Assembly: GCA_963770565.1 (NCBI GenBank)
Contig: CAVYQE010000001.1
Coordinates: 1,248,001 to 1,312,000, forward strand
Source of the DNA: an uncultured Actinomycetota bacterium
GTDB taxonomy: Bacteria; Actinomycetota; Actinomycetes; JAFAQI01
Reading direction: 5' to 3'
Length of the DNA stretch: 64,000 bases
Part shown: one piece after another, positions 31,470 to 46,383 of the stretch
Layout of the letters: every line of letters starts with the position of its first letter
How positions within the stretch are numbered: position 1 is the first letter of the stretch
Notes under the pieces: model-generated
What the model was told of the DNA's origin: nothing
The model's database searches: none
Seen by the model: only the letters and a program-made list of their open reading frames with translations
Made by a program: the position numbers and the translations under genes

Positions 31470-31919
31470 CGCGCGCAGATGCGCGGCGAGGGTGTTGGCC
31501 AGCCGTTGCGGGGTGGTCGCGCGGTGCGAGACGAGCATCCGGGCGAGGAACAGCACGCTGAGCTGCAACCCGAACGTCGGCCGGACCGCCGCCCTGGGCG
31601 CATCGGCCGCCGGCGGCACCAGGGACAGCGGGGTCGGGCGCGCGCCGGTCGTCTCGGTGAGCTCGGCAAGTGCGGCCTCGGCGAGCAACCGGGCCTCCGC
31701 GACGAGGATCGGCAGGTCCTCGCGATCGGGGGAGTTCTCCGCGGCCAAGGTGCGCCGGATCGTGACCGACGTACGCAGCGTCTCGGCGATCAGCCACCAG
31801 ACCGCGGCCGGGATCCCGTCGTCGGGCGGCTTGGTTCGGAGCAGCGCCGCGAGGGCGACGTCACCCACCGAGTCCGCAAAAACCTCGTCTGCGGTCAAAC
31901 CCGACAGCTGGGTGGTCAT
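31425..31919 (-). CDS. Hypothetical helical protein
   Basis: AGGAGAGG RBS before ATG; fills gap between tsaC and glyA. Confidence 0.55.
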   Translation of the reverse strand: MTTQLSGLTADEVFADSVGDVALAALLRTKPPDDGIPAAVWWLIAETLRTSVTIRRTLAAENSPDREDLPILVAEARLLAEAALAELTETTGARPTPLSLVPPAADAPRAAVRPTFGLQLSVLFLARMLVSHRATTPQRLANTLAAHLRALSGFESSELRDDFA

Positions 31920-32135
31920 CGGCCTCTCCTACGGTCTGGCGCCCCGTGTCCTTGACCTTCACAACAGCACCTGAGTACGACGTGAGAGGTTCCTGTGTGC
32001 TGGCTGGGGATGCCTGAGGGCGGCGTCACACGGTCGGCGGACCCGGCGGCGGCTACCTGCCCGCGGGCCTGGGGCGTCATACAGTAGGCGGACCTCCACG
32101 ACCACAGCCGGATCAGGCGGGATGAAGGCGGACAG

Positions 32136-33408
32136 ATGACCGATGCGACCCCGTTCTGGGGGCCCGATTTCGCCGCGTTGTCGGCCACCGACCCCGAGAT
32201 CGCCGCGGTCATCATCGACGAGCTCGAGCGGCTGCGCGGCGGCCTTCAGCTGATCGCCAGCGAGAACTTCACCTCGCCGGCGGTGCTCGCCGCACTCGGC
32301 TCGACACTGTCGAACAAGTACGCCGAGGGCTATCCCGGCAGGCGTTATTACGGCGGTTGCGAGGTGGTCGACCGGGCCGAGAAGATCGGGATCGAGCGGG
32401 CCAAGGCACTCTTCGGCGCCGACCATGCCAACCTGCAGCCGCATTCCGGCGCCAGCGCCAACCTGGCGGCCTACGCGGCACTGCTCGCACCTGGCGACAC
32501 CGTGCTCGCGATGTGCCTGCCGCACGGCGGCCACCTGACCCACGGCAGCAAGGTCAACTTCTCCGGCAAGTGGTTCAACACCGTCGCTTACGGGGTGCGC
32601 GAGGACAACGAGCTGATCGACTACGACCAGGTCCGCGAACTGGCGCATGAGCACCAGCCGAAGATGATCATCTGCGGCGCGACGGCGTACCCGCGGCTGA
32701 TCGACTTCGCGGCGTTCCGCTCGATCGCGGACGAGGTCGGCGCCTGGCTGATGGTCGACGCGGCGCACTTCATCGGCCTCGTCGCCGGCAAGGCGATCCC
32801 GAGCCCGGTGCCCGTACGCCGACGTCGTCACCTTCACCACGCACAAGGTCCTGCGCGGCCCGCGCGGCGGCATGATCGTCTGCAAGGAGGACCTCGCCGC
32901 GCGGATCGACAAGGCGGTCTTCCCGTTCAGCCAGGGCGGCCCGCTGATGCACGCGGTTGCCGCCAAGGCGGTCGCGCTGAAGGAGGCGGCCACGCCGGAA
33001 TACCAGCGCTACGCCAAGCAGGTCATCGCCAACTGCCAGGCCCTCGCCGACGGCCTGGCGGCCGAGGGGATGCGGCCGGTCAGCGGCGGCACCGACACCC
33101 ACCTGGCCTTGATCGACCTGCGCGGGCTCGGCGTCACGGGCAAGGACGCGGAGACCCGCTGCGACGCCGCCAAGATCACGCTCAACAAGAACTCGATCCC
33201 GTTCGACCCGCAGCCGCCGTCCATCGGGTCCGGGATCCGGGTCGGCACCCCGGCGGTGACCACCCAGGGCATGGCCGAGGGCGAGATGAAAGAGGTCGCG
33301 GCCCTGATCGCGCGAGCGGTGCGCGACGCGGACGGCACGGCCGCCGCGGAGATCGGTGCGACCGTCGGCGCGCTGGTGACCGCCCACCCGGCGTACCCGC
33401 GGGGCTAG
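32136..33408 (+). CDS. glyA: Serine hydroxymethyltransferase (apparent frameshift near 32810)
   Basis: [38 protein letters not shown]. Confidence 0.93.
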
Positions 33409-33420
33409 GGGCCGACCGCC

Positions 33421-34533
33421 GTGCGCGAGTACGTCCTCACCGGGGTGCTCGTCGCGGCTGTCACCTATCTGCTCACCCCCTACGCGCGGCGGTTCGCGAT
33501 CGCCACCAACGCGTTCACCGAGGTGCGCGACCGCGACGTCCACACCATCCCGACGCCGCGGCTCGGCGGGCTGGCGATCTTCGGCGGTCTCTGCGCGGGG
33601 CTACTGGTCGCGAGCCGGCTGCCGACCCTGCATCGCGCGTTCCAGACCACCGACATCCGCGGTGTCCTGCTCGGCGGCGGCGTGCTCGTGCTGCTCGGTG
33701 CCGCCGACGACCGATGGGGCCTCGACGCGCTGACCAAGCTCGCCGGCCAGATCCTGTCCGCCGGGATCATGGTGCTCAACGGCGTGCAGCTGCTCTACCT
33801 GCCGGTTCCCGGGCACGGGGCGCTCTCGCTCGGCCTCGACATCGGCGTCCCGCTCACGATCTTGTTCGTCGTCATCACGATCAACGCGATCAACTTCATC
33901 GACGGTCTCGACGGGCTCGCCGCGGGCGTCGTGGCGATCGCCTCGCTGTCGTTCTTCGCCTACTCCTACGAGCTGTCAGTGGTGCATCAGTTCGACCGGG
34001 CGACCGCACCGACGCTGCTGACCGCGGTGCTGGCCGGCGCGTGCATCGGGTTCCTGCCGCACAACTTCAACCCGGCCCGGATCTTCATGGGCGACTCCGG
34101 CTCGATGCTGCTCGGCTTGGTGCTCGCCGCCGCCACCGTGAGCCTGACCGGCCAGCTCGATCCGAACGCACTGCCCGCCGACGACTTCGCACCCGGACTG
34201 CTGCCGCTGCTGCTCCCGCTTGCCGTGTTCGCCGTACCGTTCGGCGACCTGGTGCTTGCGGTGGTCCGCCGCAGCCGGGCCGGGCAGGCGCCGTGGCAGC
34301 CGGACAAGCAGCACCTGCACCACCGGCTGCTCAAGCTCGGGCACTCGCACGCTCGCGCCGTGCTCATGATGTACATGTGGTCGGCGCTGATCGCGGGCGG
34401 CACGGTGACTGTTGCGCTCTCGCATCGCCGGCCGTTACTCATCTTGTCGTTCGTGTTGATCGCCGCGGCCGTGCTGGTGGTTGCGAGCAGCGTGCCCCGG
34501 TTGCGTGCCGCCAGCCAGACCCCGCCGTCCTGA
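33421..34533 (+). CDS. wecA: WecA/TagO-like polyprenyl-phosphate GlcNAc-1-phosphate transferase
   Basis: PRLGG, DD motif, [19 protein letters not shown]. Confidence 0.9.
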   Translation: MREYVLTGVLVAAVTYLLTPYARRFAIATNAFTEVRDRDVHTIPTPRLGGLAIFGGLCAGLLVASRLPTLHRAFQTTDIRGVLLGGGVLVLLGAADDRWGLDALTKLAGQILSAGIMVLNGVQLLYLPVPGHGALSLGLDIGVPLTILFVVITINAINFIDGLDGLAAGVVAIASLSFFAYSYELSVVHQFDRATAPTLLTAVLAGACIGFLPHNFNPARIFMGDSGSMLLGLVLAAATVSLTGQLDPNALPADDFAPGLLPLLLPLAVFAVPFGDLVLAVVRRSRAGQAPWQPDKQHLHHRLLKLGHSHARAVLMMYMWSALIAGGTVTVALSHRRPLLILSFVLIAAAVLVVASSVPRLRAASQTPPS

Positions 34534-34606
34534 CCCGCCGGGCGCTCGGATCGGTTAGGTTCGGATCGGGCCGCGGCAGCCTGGATGCCGGGACAGGGGA
34601 GTGCGC

Positions 34607-35170
34607 ATGAGGGTTTCCGGGTTGCGGTCAGTGCTCATTGCGGCCAGCGCCGCGGGTCTTGCGCTGGCGACCGGTGTGCCGGCGGCGACCGCCGGTGCCG
34701 CGGGAGCCGGCCGTACGACGGTCGGCGACAAGTGCCTGGTCGGCACCTGGCTCGACAACCACGGCCGGACGACCACGAAGTTCAACGGCGTCAACGTCGT
34801 CATGCACGCAGGTGGCGGCGACGTCGACCACATCAGCGCGACCGGGATCGACCACTCCAACTGGATGAGGTCGCAACCGCTGGTCGGGACCTACCGCGGG
34901 CATCCGCTGACCGAGATGATTCGCGGCAAGAACAAGCAGTTGCTCCACGCGAGCAAGATCGGCCATCACCTCTGGATCACTGTGACCGAGCGCGGATGGA
35001 GCGCGGGCAGCACCAACACCTACCTCTACCGGCATCACCACCGGCCCGGCTACCTCAACAAGATCGGTGTCCACAGCTACCGGTTCCGCTGCACCGCGAC
35101 GACGCTGACCTGGATGGGCCCCAAGGGGCATGTGATCGGTACCGAGACCCGGCAGAGCCGCACGCCATGA
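34607..35170 (+). CDS. Secreted hypothetical His/Arg-rich protein
   Basis: Signal-peptide-like N-terminus, two Cys, beta-rich pattern. Confidence 0.65.
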   Translation: MRVSGLRSVLIAASAAGLALATGVPAATAGAAGAGRTTVGDKCLVGTWLDNHGRTTTKFNGVNVVMHAGGGDVDHISATGIDHSNWMRSQPLVGTYRGHPLTEMIRGKNKQLLHASKIGHHLWITVTERGWSAGSTNTYLYRHHHRPGYLNKIGVHSYRFRCTATTLTWMGPKGHVIGTETRQSRTP

Positions 35171-35195
35171 CCGCCGCGCCGGCCGGCTGAGCCCC

Positions 35196-35471
35196 ATGGG
35201 CCGCGTCCCGGAGCGCCCGGCGCCCAACGTGGTCACGCTGCTCGGGATCGGCTCGATGCTCGGGATCTGTGTGGGCGTCGGTGCGTTTCTCGGGGTCCTC
35301 GGTGACCGTGCGTTGGGCTCCGCACCCCTGTTTGCTCTGCTCGGCGTACTCGTTGGTATCTTGGTTGGCGCCGCCGGCGCCTACCAGGTGATCCGGCCAT
35401 ATACCCGCACCAGCTCAGCTCCAGCCGACAAAGCCAGACCTGACAATGACGTCCGATCCGACGACCGGTGA
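35196..35471 (+). CDS. AtpZ/AtpI-family small membrane protein
   Basis: Two TM helices around GDRALGSAP; heads atp operon. Confidence 0.75.
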   Translation: MGRVPERPAPNVVTLLGIGSMLGICVGVGAFLGVLGDRALGSAPLFALLGVLVGILVGAAGAYQVIRPYTRTSSAPADKARPDNDVRSDDR

Positions 35472-35874
35472 GAGGAACACGGTGGCCCTCGACGCTCAAT
35501 GGAGCGCCGTCGCGCGCGGGTATCGAAACGCGTTGATCGTTGCCGGCGTGCTCGGCCTCATCTCGATCGCCGCCGGATTTGCGGCCGGGGCACCATTTGT
35601 CGGAGTGTTCCTCTGCATCGGCCTCGGGCTCGGCGGCTACAACGCCCGCAAGCTCTGGGGCGACACCCAGGCGCTCGACGCCGAGGTCGCCAACCCGCGT
35701 GGCGCAGTGATGAAGACGTCGCTGTCCCGGCTGGGGATCATCACGGTCTTCGCGATCCTGGTGGCGCTGGTCTACCGCCAGGACGGCTGGGCCGTCTTCG
35801 TGGGGCTGGTCATCTTCCAGCTCGTCATGATGTCGCTGCTGATCCGCCCGTTGCGCCGGGTGGTCGCTCCGTGA
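35446..35874 (+). CDS. atpI: ATP synthase protein I
   Basis: Four TM helices directly before atpB. Confidence 0.7.
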   Translation: MTSDPTTGERNTVALDAQWSAVARGYRNALIVAGVLGLISIAAGFAAGAPFVGVFLCIGLGLGGYNARKLWGDTQALDAEVANPRGAVMKTSLSRLGIITVFAILVALVYRQDGWAVFVGLVIFQLVMMSLLIRPLRRVVAP

Positions 35875-36611
35875 TGCGAAGCCTCGCCGCGCTGCCGGCC
35901 GCGACCATCTCGGTCGGCGACCACCCGCACTTCACGTTTCTCGGCCTGACTTTCAACTACGACACGATGTACACCACGCTGATCGCCGCGGCGCTGACCG
36001 TGGGTTTCGTCGGGTACGTCGCGCGCAAGGCCACCAGCAGCGTGCCGAACCGGCCGCAGATCATCACCGAGCTGGTGCTCACCCAGACCCGCGACTACGT
36101 CGAGCAGGCGGTCGGCCACGACATCCCGCCGTGGCTGGTGCCGTTCGGGGCCACCCTGTTCTTCTTCATCCTGTTCAGCAACTGGCTGGCCTGGATCCCC
36201 AGCGGTCACAACCCGGAGCGGCTCGCGCCGCCGACCGCGGACGTCAACCTGGTCTACGCGCTTGCCCTGACCGTGGTCGTGCTCTACACCTACCTCGGCG
36301 TGAAGCGAAAGGGCCGTCGCTACGTCACGGACTGGTTCACCGTGAAGCCGGCGATCCGCCGCCCGATCCTGCTGCTGGAGCAGATCGTCAACCCGCTCTC
36401 GCTCTCGTTGCGTCTGTTCGGCAACATCTTCGCCGGCGGCATCATGCTGGCGGTCATCGCGTTGCTGCCGTTCTATCTGTTCCCGCTGTACGGGCTGGCC
36501 GACTTCGGGTGGAGGTTGTTCGACTCAGGGCTGATCGCGCCGATCCAGGCGTTCATCTTCTCGTTCCTGACCATTTTGTACTTCGGCTTTGCAACCGCCG
36601 AAGAGCACTGA
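35874..36611 (+). CDS. atpB: ATP synthase Fo subunit a
   Basis: PPTADVN, SLSLRLFGNIFAG, IQAFIF. Confidence 0.95.
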   Translation: MRSLAALPAATISVGDHPHFTFLGLTFNYDTMYTTLIAAALTVGFVGYVARKATSSVPNRPQIITELVLTQTRDYVEQAVGHDIPPWLVPFGATLFFFILFSNWLAWIPSGHNPERLAPPTADVNLVYALALTVVVLYTYLGVKRKGRRYVTDWFTVKPAIRRPILLLEQIVNPLSLSLRLFGNIFAGGIMLAVIALLPFYLFPLYGLADFGWRLFDSGLIAPIQAFIFSFLTILYFGFATAEEH

Positions 36612-36641
36612 CGCGCTCGAGCACGAGCGTTTCGCAACTAG

Positions 36642-37509
<868 letters not shown>

Positions 37510-37510
<1 letters not shown>

Positions 37511-38337
37511 TGCAAGGAGCCAGCCGGGCATCGTTGTCGATGCTCCGCGAGCATCTGCCGACCGACGGCGATCTGATCGGGCTGTCCGAGCAGCTCTACG
37601 CCGTGGTGTCGCTGCTGTTGCCGCAGGGCTCGTTGCGTCGTGCGCTGTCCGACCCGGCCCTGCCGGCGGTGACGAAGGCGGCTCTGGTCGACCGGTTGTT
37701 CGGCACCCAGCTCGACGGGCCGACCCTCGAGCTGCTCCGCGCGGCGGCGCGCTCGCGCTGGTCGCAGCCGCGGGACCTGCTCGACTCGCTGGAGGAGCTC
37801 GCGGTCGAGGCCGCGCTCGCTGCGGCGGAGGCGGTCGGGCAGCTCGAGGAGGTCGAGGATGAGCTGTTCCGCTTCAGCCGGATCCTCGACGCCGAGCCCA
37901 CCCTGCGGGCGGTGCTGACCGAGCGCAACATCTCGCGGGAGTCCAAGCGCGAGTTGCTGCACACCCTGCTCGAGGGCCGGGTAACGAGCTTCACCTTCTC
38001 CCTGATCTCGCGCGCGGCGATCGAGCCGCGCGGGCGCCCGATCGAGCACGTGCTGCTCCATGTTTCGGCGCTCGCCGCGCAGCGGCGGGACCGGCTGATC
38101 GCACACGTGACGACGGCGGTGGAGCTCACCGACGACGAACAGGCCGCACTGGCCACCGCACTCAGTACGACCTACGAGCACGAGATGCGGCTGGAGGTCA
38201 TCGTCGACGAGTCATTGATCGGCGGCATCACAGTGCGGGTCGGCGACGAGATGATCGACGCCAGTGTCGCGCGCCAGCTCGCCGAGGCGCGCCGCAAGCT
38301 GACCGGCGGATCGGGCGCACGCCCGCGCCGCGGATAG
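37510..38337 (+). CDS. atpH: ATP synthase subunit delta
   Basis: [31 protein letters not shown]. Confidence 0.92.
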
Positions 38338-38362
38338 AACAAGCAAACCGAGGAGCAAACCA

Positions 38363-40027
38363 GTGACCGAGTTGAGCATCCGGCCGGAGGAGATCCGCGA
38401 CGCCCTCGCGGGCATCGTCGAGGCCTACGACGCCAAGACCAAGCGCGAGGAGGTCGGCGTCGTCGTCGACACCGGCGACGGCATCGCCCGCGTCGAGGGT
38501 CTGCACTCGGCGATGACCAACGAGCTGCTGGAGTTCGAGGGCGGCTTACTGGGCATCGCGCTGAACCTCGACGTCGCGCGAGATCGGCTGCGTCATCCTC
38601 GGCGACGCGCAGGACATCGAGGAGGGCCAGCAGGTCCGCCGGACCGGCGAGGTGCTGTCGGTCCCGGTCGGCGACGGCTTCCTCGGCCGCGTCGTCGACC
38701 CGCTCGGGCGGCCGCTCGACGGCAAGGGTGACATCGCCTCGACCGAGCGCCGCGACCTCGAACTCCAGGCGCCGAACGTGATGGCCGCGCCAGCCGGTGA
38801 AGGAGCCGCTGCAGACCGGGATCAAGGCGATCGACGCGATGACCGCGATCGGCCGCGGCCAGCGCCAGCTGATCATCGGCGACCGGCAGACCGGCAAGAC
38901 CGCGGTCGCGCTCGACGCGATCATCAACCAGCGCGACAGCTGGAAGAGCGGCGACAAGAAGCAGGCGGTCAAGTGCGTCTACGTCGCGATCGGGCAGAAG
39001 GGCTCGACCGTCGCGCAGGTGCACAACGCGCTTGAAGAGGCCGGCGCGATGGACTACACGACCATCGTCGCCGCTCCCGCGTCGTTCCCGGCCGCCTTCA
39101 AGTACATCGCGCCCTACGCCGGCTCCGCGATCGGCGCAGCACTGGATGTACGCCGGCGAGCACGCGCTGATCGTCTTCGACGACCTGTCAAAGCAGGCCG
39201 ACGCCTACCGCAAGATCTCACTGCTGCTGCGCCGCCCGGCCGGCCGCGAGGCCTACCCCGGCGACGTCTTCTACCTGCACTCCCGGCTGCTCGAGCGCTG
39301 CGCGAAGCTCAACGACGAGCTCGGCGGCGGCTCGCTGACCGGCCTGCCGATCATCGAGACCAAGGGCAACGACGTGTCGGCCTACATCCCGACCAACGTC
39401 ATCTCGATCACCGACGGTCAGATCTTCCTCGAGACCGACCTGTTCAACTCCGGTGTGCGTCCGGCGATCAACGTCGGTGTCTCGGTGTCGCGGGTCGGCG
39501 GCAACGCCCAGACCAAGGCGATGAAGGGGGTCGCCGGCCGGCTGCGGCTCGACCTCGCGCAGTACCGCGAGCTCGAGGCGTTCTCGGCCTTCGGCTCCGA
39601 CCTCGACAAGGCCTCGAAGGCCCAGCTGGAGCGTGGCGCGCGGCTGGTCGAGCTGCTGAAGCAGCCGCAGTACACGCCGTACCCGGTGGAGCGTCAGGTC
39701 GTGTCCATCTGGGCCGGCACGTCGGGTGCGCTCGACGACGTCCCGGTCGCCGACATCTCGAGGTTCGAGCGCGAGTTCCTCGACTACATCGGCCGTCAGC
39801 ACAAGGGCATCTACGACGAGATCCTCGCCGGCGGAAAGGTCGAGGGCGATCTGGCCGAGCAGCTCGAGATCGCGGTCGGCGACTTCAAGAAGCAGTTCGA
39901 GACCTCGAGCGGCGAGCCCATCGGCGGCGATGAGCTCAGTGCCAAGGTCGGGGCTGATGCGTCGGGCGACGGCGACTCGGCTGCATCGGCGGACGAAGAC
40001 GGCGCCGACGAACCGGATGAGTCCTGA
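38363..40027 (+). CDS. atpA: ATP synthase subunit alpha (apparent frameshifts)
   Basis: [30 protein letters not shown] across several frames. Confidence 0.93.
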
Positions 40028-40030
40028 CCA

Positions 40031-42399
<2,369 letters not shown>

Positions 42400-42410
42400 C
42401 GCGGAGCCGG

Positions 42411-43151
42411 TCAGAGGACGGGGCGGACGCCGGCGGCTCGGCGCGGGGAGTAGTGGCGGGCCATCCAGGGCACCAGCCAGGCTGCTTCGGCGGCGATCCG
42501 CCAGTCCATCTTCGAGCTGCCGGCGCGACGTTCGTGAAAGACGATCGGCACCTCGGTGATCCGGGCGCCGGCCCGCGCAGCGCGCACGGTCATCTCGATC
42601 TGGAAGGCGTAGCCGTCGCTGCCGGTCTCCTCGTCGAGTAGTGCGGCGAGCAGGGGTGCCCGCCAGGCCTTGAAGCCCCCGGTCAAGTCGCTGACCGGGG
42701 TGTGGACGAGCACCCGCGCGTAGATGTTGCCGCCGCGGGAGAGCCAGCCGCGCGGACCCGACAGCCCGGCGCTGCTGCCGCCCGGGACGTACCGCGACCC
42801 GATCACAAGGTCGGCATCCTCGGCGGCGGCGACCAGCCGGTCGACATCGCTGGGCGCGTGCGAGCCGTCGGCGTCCATCTGGACGACGAGGTCGTAGCGA
42901 TCGTCGGCCAGCGCGCGGGCGAACCCCGTGGCGTACGCCCGGCCGAGCCCTTGCTTGCCCGGGTTTTCGAGCAGGTGCACCCGGTCGGGTTCGACGAGCA
43001 TCGCGGCGCGCACGACCTCCCCGGTGCCGTCGGGGGAGCTGTCGTCCACGACCAGGATGTCGGGTCGGCACGGCCGCTCGAGCAGCTGCTCGAGAGTGGT
43101 GGCGATCGTGTCGCGCTCGTTGTAGGTGGGCACGACAACGACGGAACGCAT
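42411..43151 (-). CDS. Polyprenol monophosphomannose synthase-like GT2
   Basis: VPTYNE, DDSSPDGT, KQGLGRAY, MDADGSH, GSRYVPGG, GYAFQIEM. Confidence 0.88.
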   Translation of the reverse strand: MRSVVVVPTYNERDTIATTLEQLLERPCRPDILVVDDSSPDGTGEVVRAAMLVEPDRVHLLENPGKQGLGRAYATGFARALADDRYDLVVQMDADGSHAPSDVDRLVAAAEDADLVIGSRYVPGGSSAGLSGPRGWLSRGGNIYARVLVHTPVSDLTGGFKAWRAPLLAALLDEETGSDGYAFQIEMTVRAARAGARITEVPIVFHERRAGSSKMDWRIAAEAAWLVPWMARHYSPRRAAGVRPVL

Positions 43152-43222
43152 GCGGGGGAGTCTAGGAGTTGGGTCTGACCGGGCTCTGATGGCGGCTGAG
43201 GCCGGGCCGGTAAGATCGTGCG

Positions 43223-43606
43223 ATGGCCACGATGCAGGTTCAGCTTGTCGCGCCCGATCGCATGGTGTGGTCGGGCGAGGCGGAGATCGTGCTGGCCCGC
43301 ACCGTTGAGGGCGAGCTCGGCATCCTGCCCCGTCATGCGCCGTTGCTCGGCGTCCTGGTCGAGCATCCGGTCACGATCCGCCGCAGTGGGGACGACGACC
43401 TGGTGGCCGCCGTGCACGGCGGTTTCCTGTCGGTGAGCAGCGAGAGCGTCGACGTCCTCGCCGAGATCGTCGAACTCGCCGACGAGATCGATGTCCCGCG
43501 CGCTCGCCAGGCCCTGGCAGCGGCGAAGGACAGCCACGACGAGGCCGCCAAGGCCGCCGCCCGCCGCGCCACCGCCCGCCTGAAGGCCGCGGGCGAGACC
43601 GTCTAG
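43223..43606 (+). CDS. atpC: ATP synthase subunit epsilon
   Basis: [23 protein letters not shown]; TAAGAT 6 nt before ATG. Confidence 0.93.
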   Translation: MATMQVQLVAPDRMVWSGEAEIVLARTVEGELGILPRHAPLLGVLVEHPVTIRRSGDDDLVAAVHGGFLSVSSESVDVLAEIVELADEIDVPRARQALAAAKDSHDEAAKAAARRATARLKAAGETV

Positions 43607-43619
43607 TAGTCGCGCGGAG

Positions 43620-44225
43620 CTAGCCCTCTCGACTGGCCTGCGGCGCCCAGGTCACGTCTCCGACCTCGAGGTTGGCCACCCGGGCGAGGATGAACAGCAG
43701 GTCCGAGAGCCGGTTCAGGTAGGTCGAGGTCAGCGGGTTGGTCGACTCCGGCTCGGCTTCCAGCAACGCCCAGACCGCTCGCTCGGCCCGGCGGGTCACG
43801 GTGCGCGCCACGTGGAGCAACGCGGCACCCACGCTTCCGCCCGGCAGCACGAACGAGTCGAGCTTCGGGACCTTCGCGTTGTAGGTGTCGCAAGCCGCTT
43901 CGAGCCGCTCGACGTACGACGCATCGATTCGCAGCGGCGCCCACTGGGGATCGGGCACGATCGGCGTGCAGAGGTCGGCACCGACGTCGAACAGCTCGTT
44001 CTGGATCGAGGTCAGCAGGGCCACCAGGTCGTCGCCGAGGTCACCGAGCGCGAGCGCGACGCCGATCGCCGAGTTGGCCTCGTCGACATCGCCGTAGGCG
44101 GCCACCCTGGGATCGGTCTTCGCGACCCGGCTCATGTCCCCGAGACCGGTCGTGCCCTCGTCGCCAGTACGGGTGTAGATCCGGGTGAGATGGACCGTCG
44201 AGGACCGCCGCTTTCGCTCCGTCAT
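43620..44225 (-). CDS. Cob(I)alamin adenosyltransferase (PduO type)
   Basis: [31 protein letters not shown]. Confidence 0.92.
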   Translation of the reverse strand: MTERKRRSSTVHLTRIYTRTGDEGTTGLGDMSRVAKTDPRVAAYGDVDEANSAIGVALALGDLGDDLVALLTSIQNELFDVGADLCTPIVPDPQWAPLRIDASYVERLEAACDTYNAKVPKLDSFVLPGGSVGAALLHVARTVTRRAERAVWALLEAEPESTNPLTSTYLNRLSDLLFILARVANLEVGDVTWAPQASREG

Positions 44226-44249
44226 GGCTGCGACCATACGATGCCGGAC

Positions 44250-45515
44250 GTGGAGCGGTTCGAAATCATCGGTGGCGCGCGCCTGGCCGGCGACGCGACG
44301 GTGGCTGGCGCGAAGAACAGCGTGCTCAAGGTGATGGCCGCCTCCCTGCTCGCGACCGGAACCACCCGGCTGACGAACGTGCCGATGATCGGCGACGTGC
44401 CGATCATGGGTGCGGTGCTGGGCGGGCTCGGCGCCCACGTCAAGGGCGACGCGCCCAACGTGGAGATCACCGTGCCGGAGGAGCTCGGGCACGAGGCCGA
44501 CTACGAGCACGTCCGGCGGATCCGCGGCTCGGTCTGCGTGCTCGGGCCGCTGCTGGCGCGGGCCGGCCGGGCCCGGGTGGCGCTGCCGGGCGGCGACGCG
44601 ATCGGGTCCCGCTCGCTCGACCTGCACATCACCGGGCTCGAACGGCTCGGCGCGGTCTTCGACAACGCCCACGGCTACCTGGTGGCCGAGGCGCCCGCGC
44701 TGCACGGCGCCCAGATCTGGCTCGACTTCCCGAGTGTCGGCGCCACCGAGAACATCCTGATGGCGGCGGTGCTGGCCAAAGGCACGACGACGATCGACAA
44801 CGCTGCCCGTGAGCCGGAGATCGTCGACCTGTGCCAGATGTTGGTGGCGATGGGTGCCCAGATCGGCGGCATCGGCACCTCGACCCTGGAGATCGACGGG
44901 GTCGAGGCCCTGCAGCCGACCACCCACGACGTCGTACCCGACCGGATCGTCGCGGGCACCTGGGCGTTCGCGGCGACCATGACCCGCGGGGATATCCGGG
45001 TGCGTGGGGCCTCCGCGACGCTGCTCGAGATCGTGCTCGACAAGCTCAGCCAGGCCGGCGCCACGGTGACGACGTACGACGACGGGTTCGAGGTGAGCTG
45101 CAGCGAGCGGCCACGTGCGGTCGACATCGTCACGCTGCCGTATCCGGCGTTCCCGACCGACCTCCTGCCGATGGCGATCGCGCTCAACTCGGTGGCCGAC
45201 GGGGTCGCGTTCGTGACCGAGAACATCTTCGACGGCCGGTTCCGCTTCATCGACGAGCTGATCCGGCTGTCCGCGGACGTGCGCACCGACGGCCATCACG
45301 CGATCGTGCGGGGCCGTGAGCGGCTGTCCGGCGCGCCGGTGCGGGCCACTGACATCCGGGCCGGCGCCGCGCTTGTGCTGGCCGGCGTGGTGGCGGACGG
45401 GCTCACCACGGTCGCCGACGCGTTCCACGTCGACCGCGGCTACCAGTCGTTCGTGGAGACCCTCACCGACCTGGGCGCACAGGTCCGACGCTGCAGCGAC
45501 GACCTCCTGATCTAG
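44250..45515 (+). CDS. murA: UDP-GlcNAc enolpyruvyl transferase, Asp-type
   Basis: [36 protein letters not shown]. Confidence 0.95.
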   Translation: MERFEIIGGARLAGDATVAGAKNSVLKVMAASLLATGTTRLTNVPMIGDVPIMGAVLGGLGAHVKGDAPNVEITVPEELGHEADYEHVRRIRGSVCVLGPLLARAGRARVALPGGDAIGSRSLDLHITGLERLGAVFDNAHGYLVAEAPALHGAQIWLDFPSVGATENILMAAVLAKGTTTIDNAAREPEIVDLCQMLVAMGAQIGGIGTSTLEIDGVEALQPTTHDVVPDRIVAGTWAFAATMTRGDIRVRGASATLLEIVLDKLSQAGATVTTYDDGFEVSCSERPRAVDIVTLPYPAFPTDLLPMAIALNSVADGVAFVTENIFDGRFRFIDELIRLSADVRTDGHHAIVRGRERLSGAPVRATDIRAGAALVLAGVVADGLTTVADAFHVDRGYQSFVETLTDLGAQVRRCSDDLLI

Positions 45516-45626
45516 CCCGCGAGACCGAGCAATCTCGGCCGATTTCGGCGGCGAGGCAACCAGACGCCGCTTTGGTGCGTCTCATACCGTGACAGGACGC
45601 TCGCAGCTACCGGAAGGCGCGTGCCC

Positions 45627-45998
45627 ATGCCGCGTGACGTGTCGCTCGATGGCGAGCTCTCGCTCGACCAGCCACAGAGCCTCGATCTGACGATCACGAT
45701 CGAGCAGCCGGGCCGGGTACTAGCCCTTCGCGGCCGCCTGTCGGCGCGCACGGTGGCCGAAGGACGGGCGGCGCTGGTCGAGGCGATCACGGTCGGCAGC
45801 GATGCCCTCGTGGTCGACATCTCCGGGTTGCAACTCGTCGACGCGAGCGGGCTCGGCATGCTTGTGGGCGCGCACCGGCTTGCCCTGCGCAACGAGCGTG
45901 AACTCGTCCTGCGCGGTGTGCCCGAGCGGATCGAGCGGCTGCTCGCGGTCACCCGGCTGAACCGGGTCCTGCGAGCCGAGGACCCGGTCCGGGTCTGA
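45627..45998 (+). CDS. STAS domain protein (anti-anti-sigma-like)
   Basis: VDISGLQLVDASGLGML. Confidence 0.8.
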   Translation: MPRDVSLDGELSLDQPQSLDLTITIEQPGRVLALRGRLSARTVAEGRAALVEAITVGSDALVVDISGLQLVDASGLGMLVGAHRLALRNERELVLRGVPERIERLLAVTRLNRVLRAEDPVRV

Positions 45999-46006
45999 GC
46001 CTGCTC

Positions 46007-46348
46007 TTACACGTCGTCGAGGTCGAACGATCCGCCGCCGGTCGCTGCTGCGCCGCCGGCCGGAGCCGCTCCGCCGCCGGCGGTAGGAGCTGCCGGGGGC
46101 GCGGCCGCTGCCGCCGCAGCAGCGTCGGCCGCGTGCGTGTCGAGGGCCGCGACCGCGGCGCTCACGGCTTCTGCTGAGCCGCCGGAGCGCTGCTGGGCGT
46201 AGTAGGCGGCACCGAGCTCGCGTAGCAGCGCGTCGTGCGACTTCGCCGACTGCATCTCGTTGATCTTCGTCTGGCCTTGCTGGACGCCTTGCTGCGCCTT
46301 GACCATCGCCTGCTCGGCCTGTGCCTTGACCTTGTCCATGAAGCTCAT
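46007..46348 (-). CDS. Hypothetical Gln/Ala-rich protein
   Basis: MSFMDKVKAQAEQ...LLRELGAAYY; GGAG RBS. Confidence 0.7.
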   Translation of the reverse strand: MSFMDKVKAQAEQAMVKAQQGVQQGQTKINEMQSAKSHDALLRELGAAYYAQQRSGGSAEAVSAAVAALDTHAADAAAAAAAAPPAAPTAGGGAAPAGGAAATGGGSFDLDDV

Positions 46349-46383
46349 GTCGTGCGTCTCCCTTTTCGCGGTGCGGGTGTTGG

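Noticed and set aside
31960-32135. ZTP or glycine riboswitch upstream of glyA; CRP site
   Set aside because: Could not find the conserved riboswitch cores; only a half match to TGTGA-N6-TCACA
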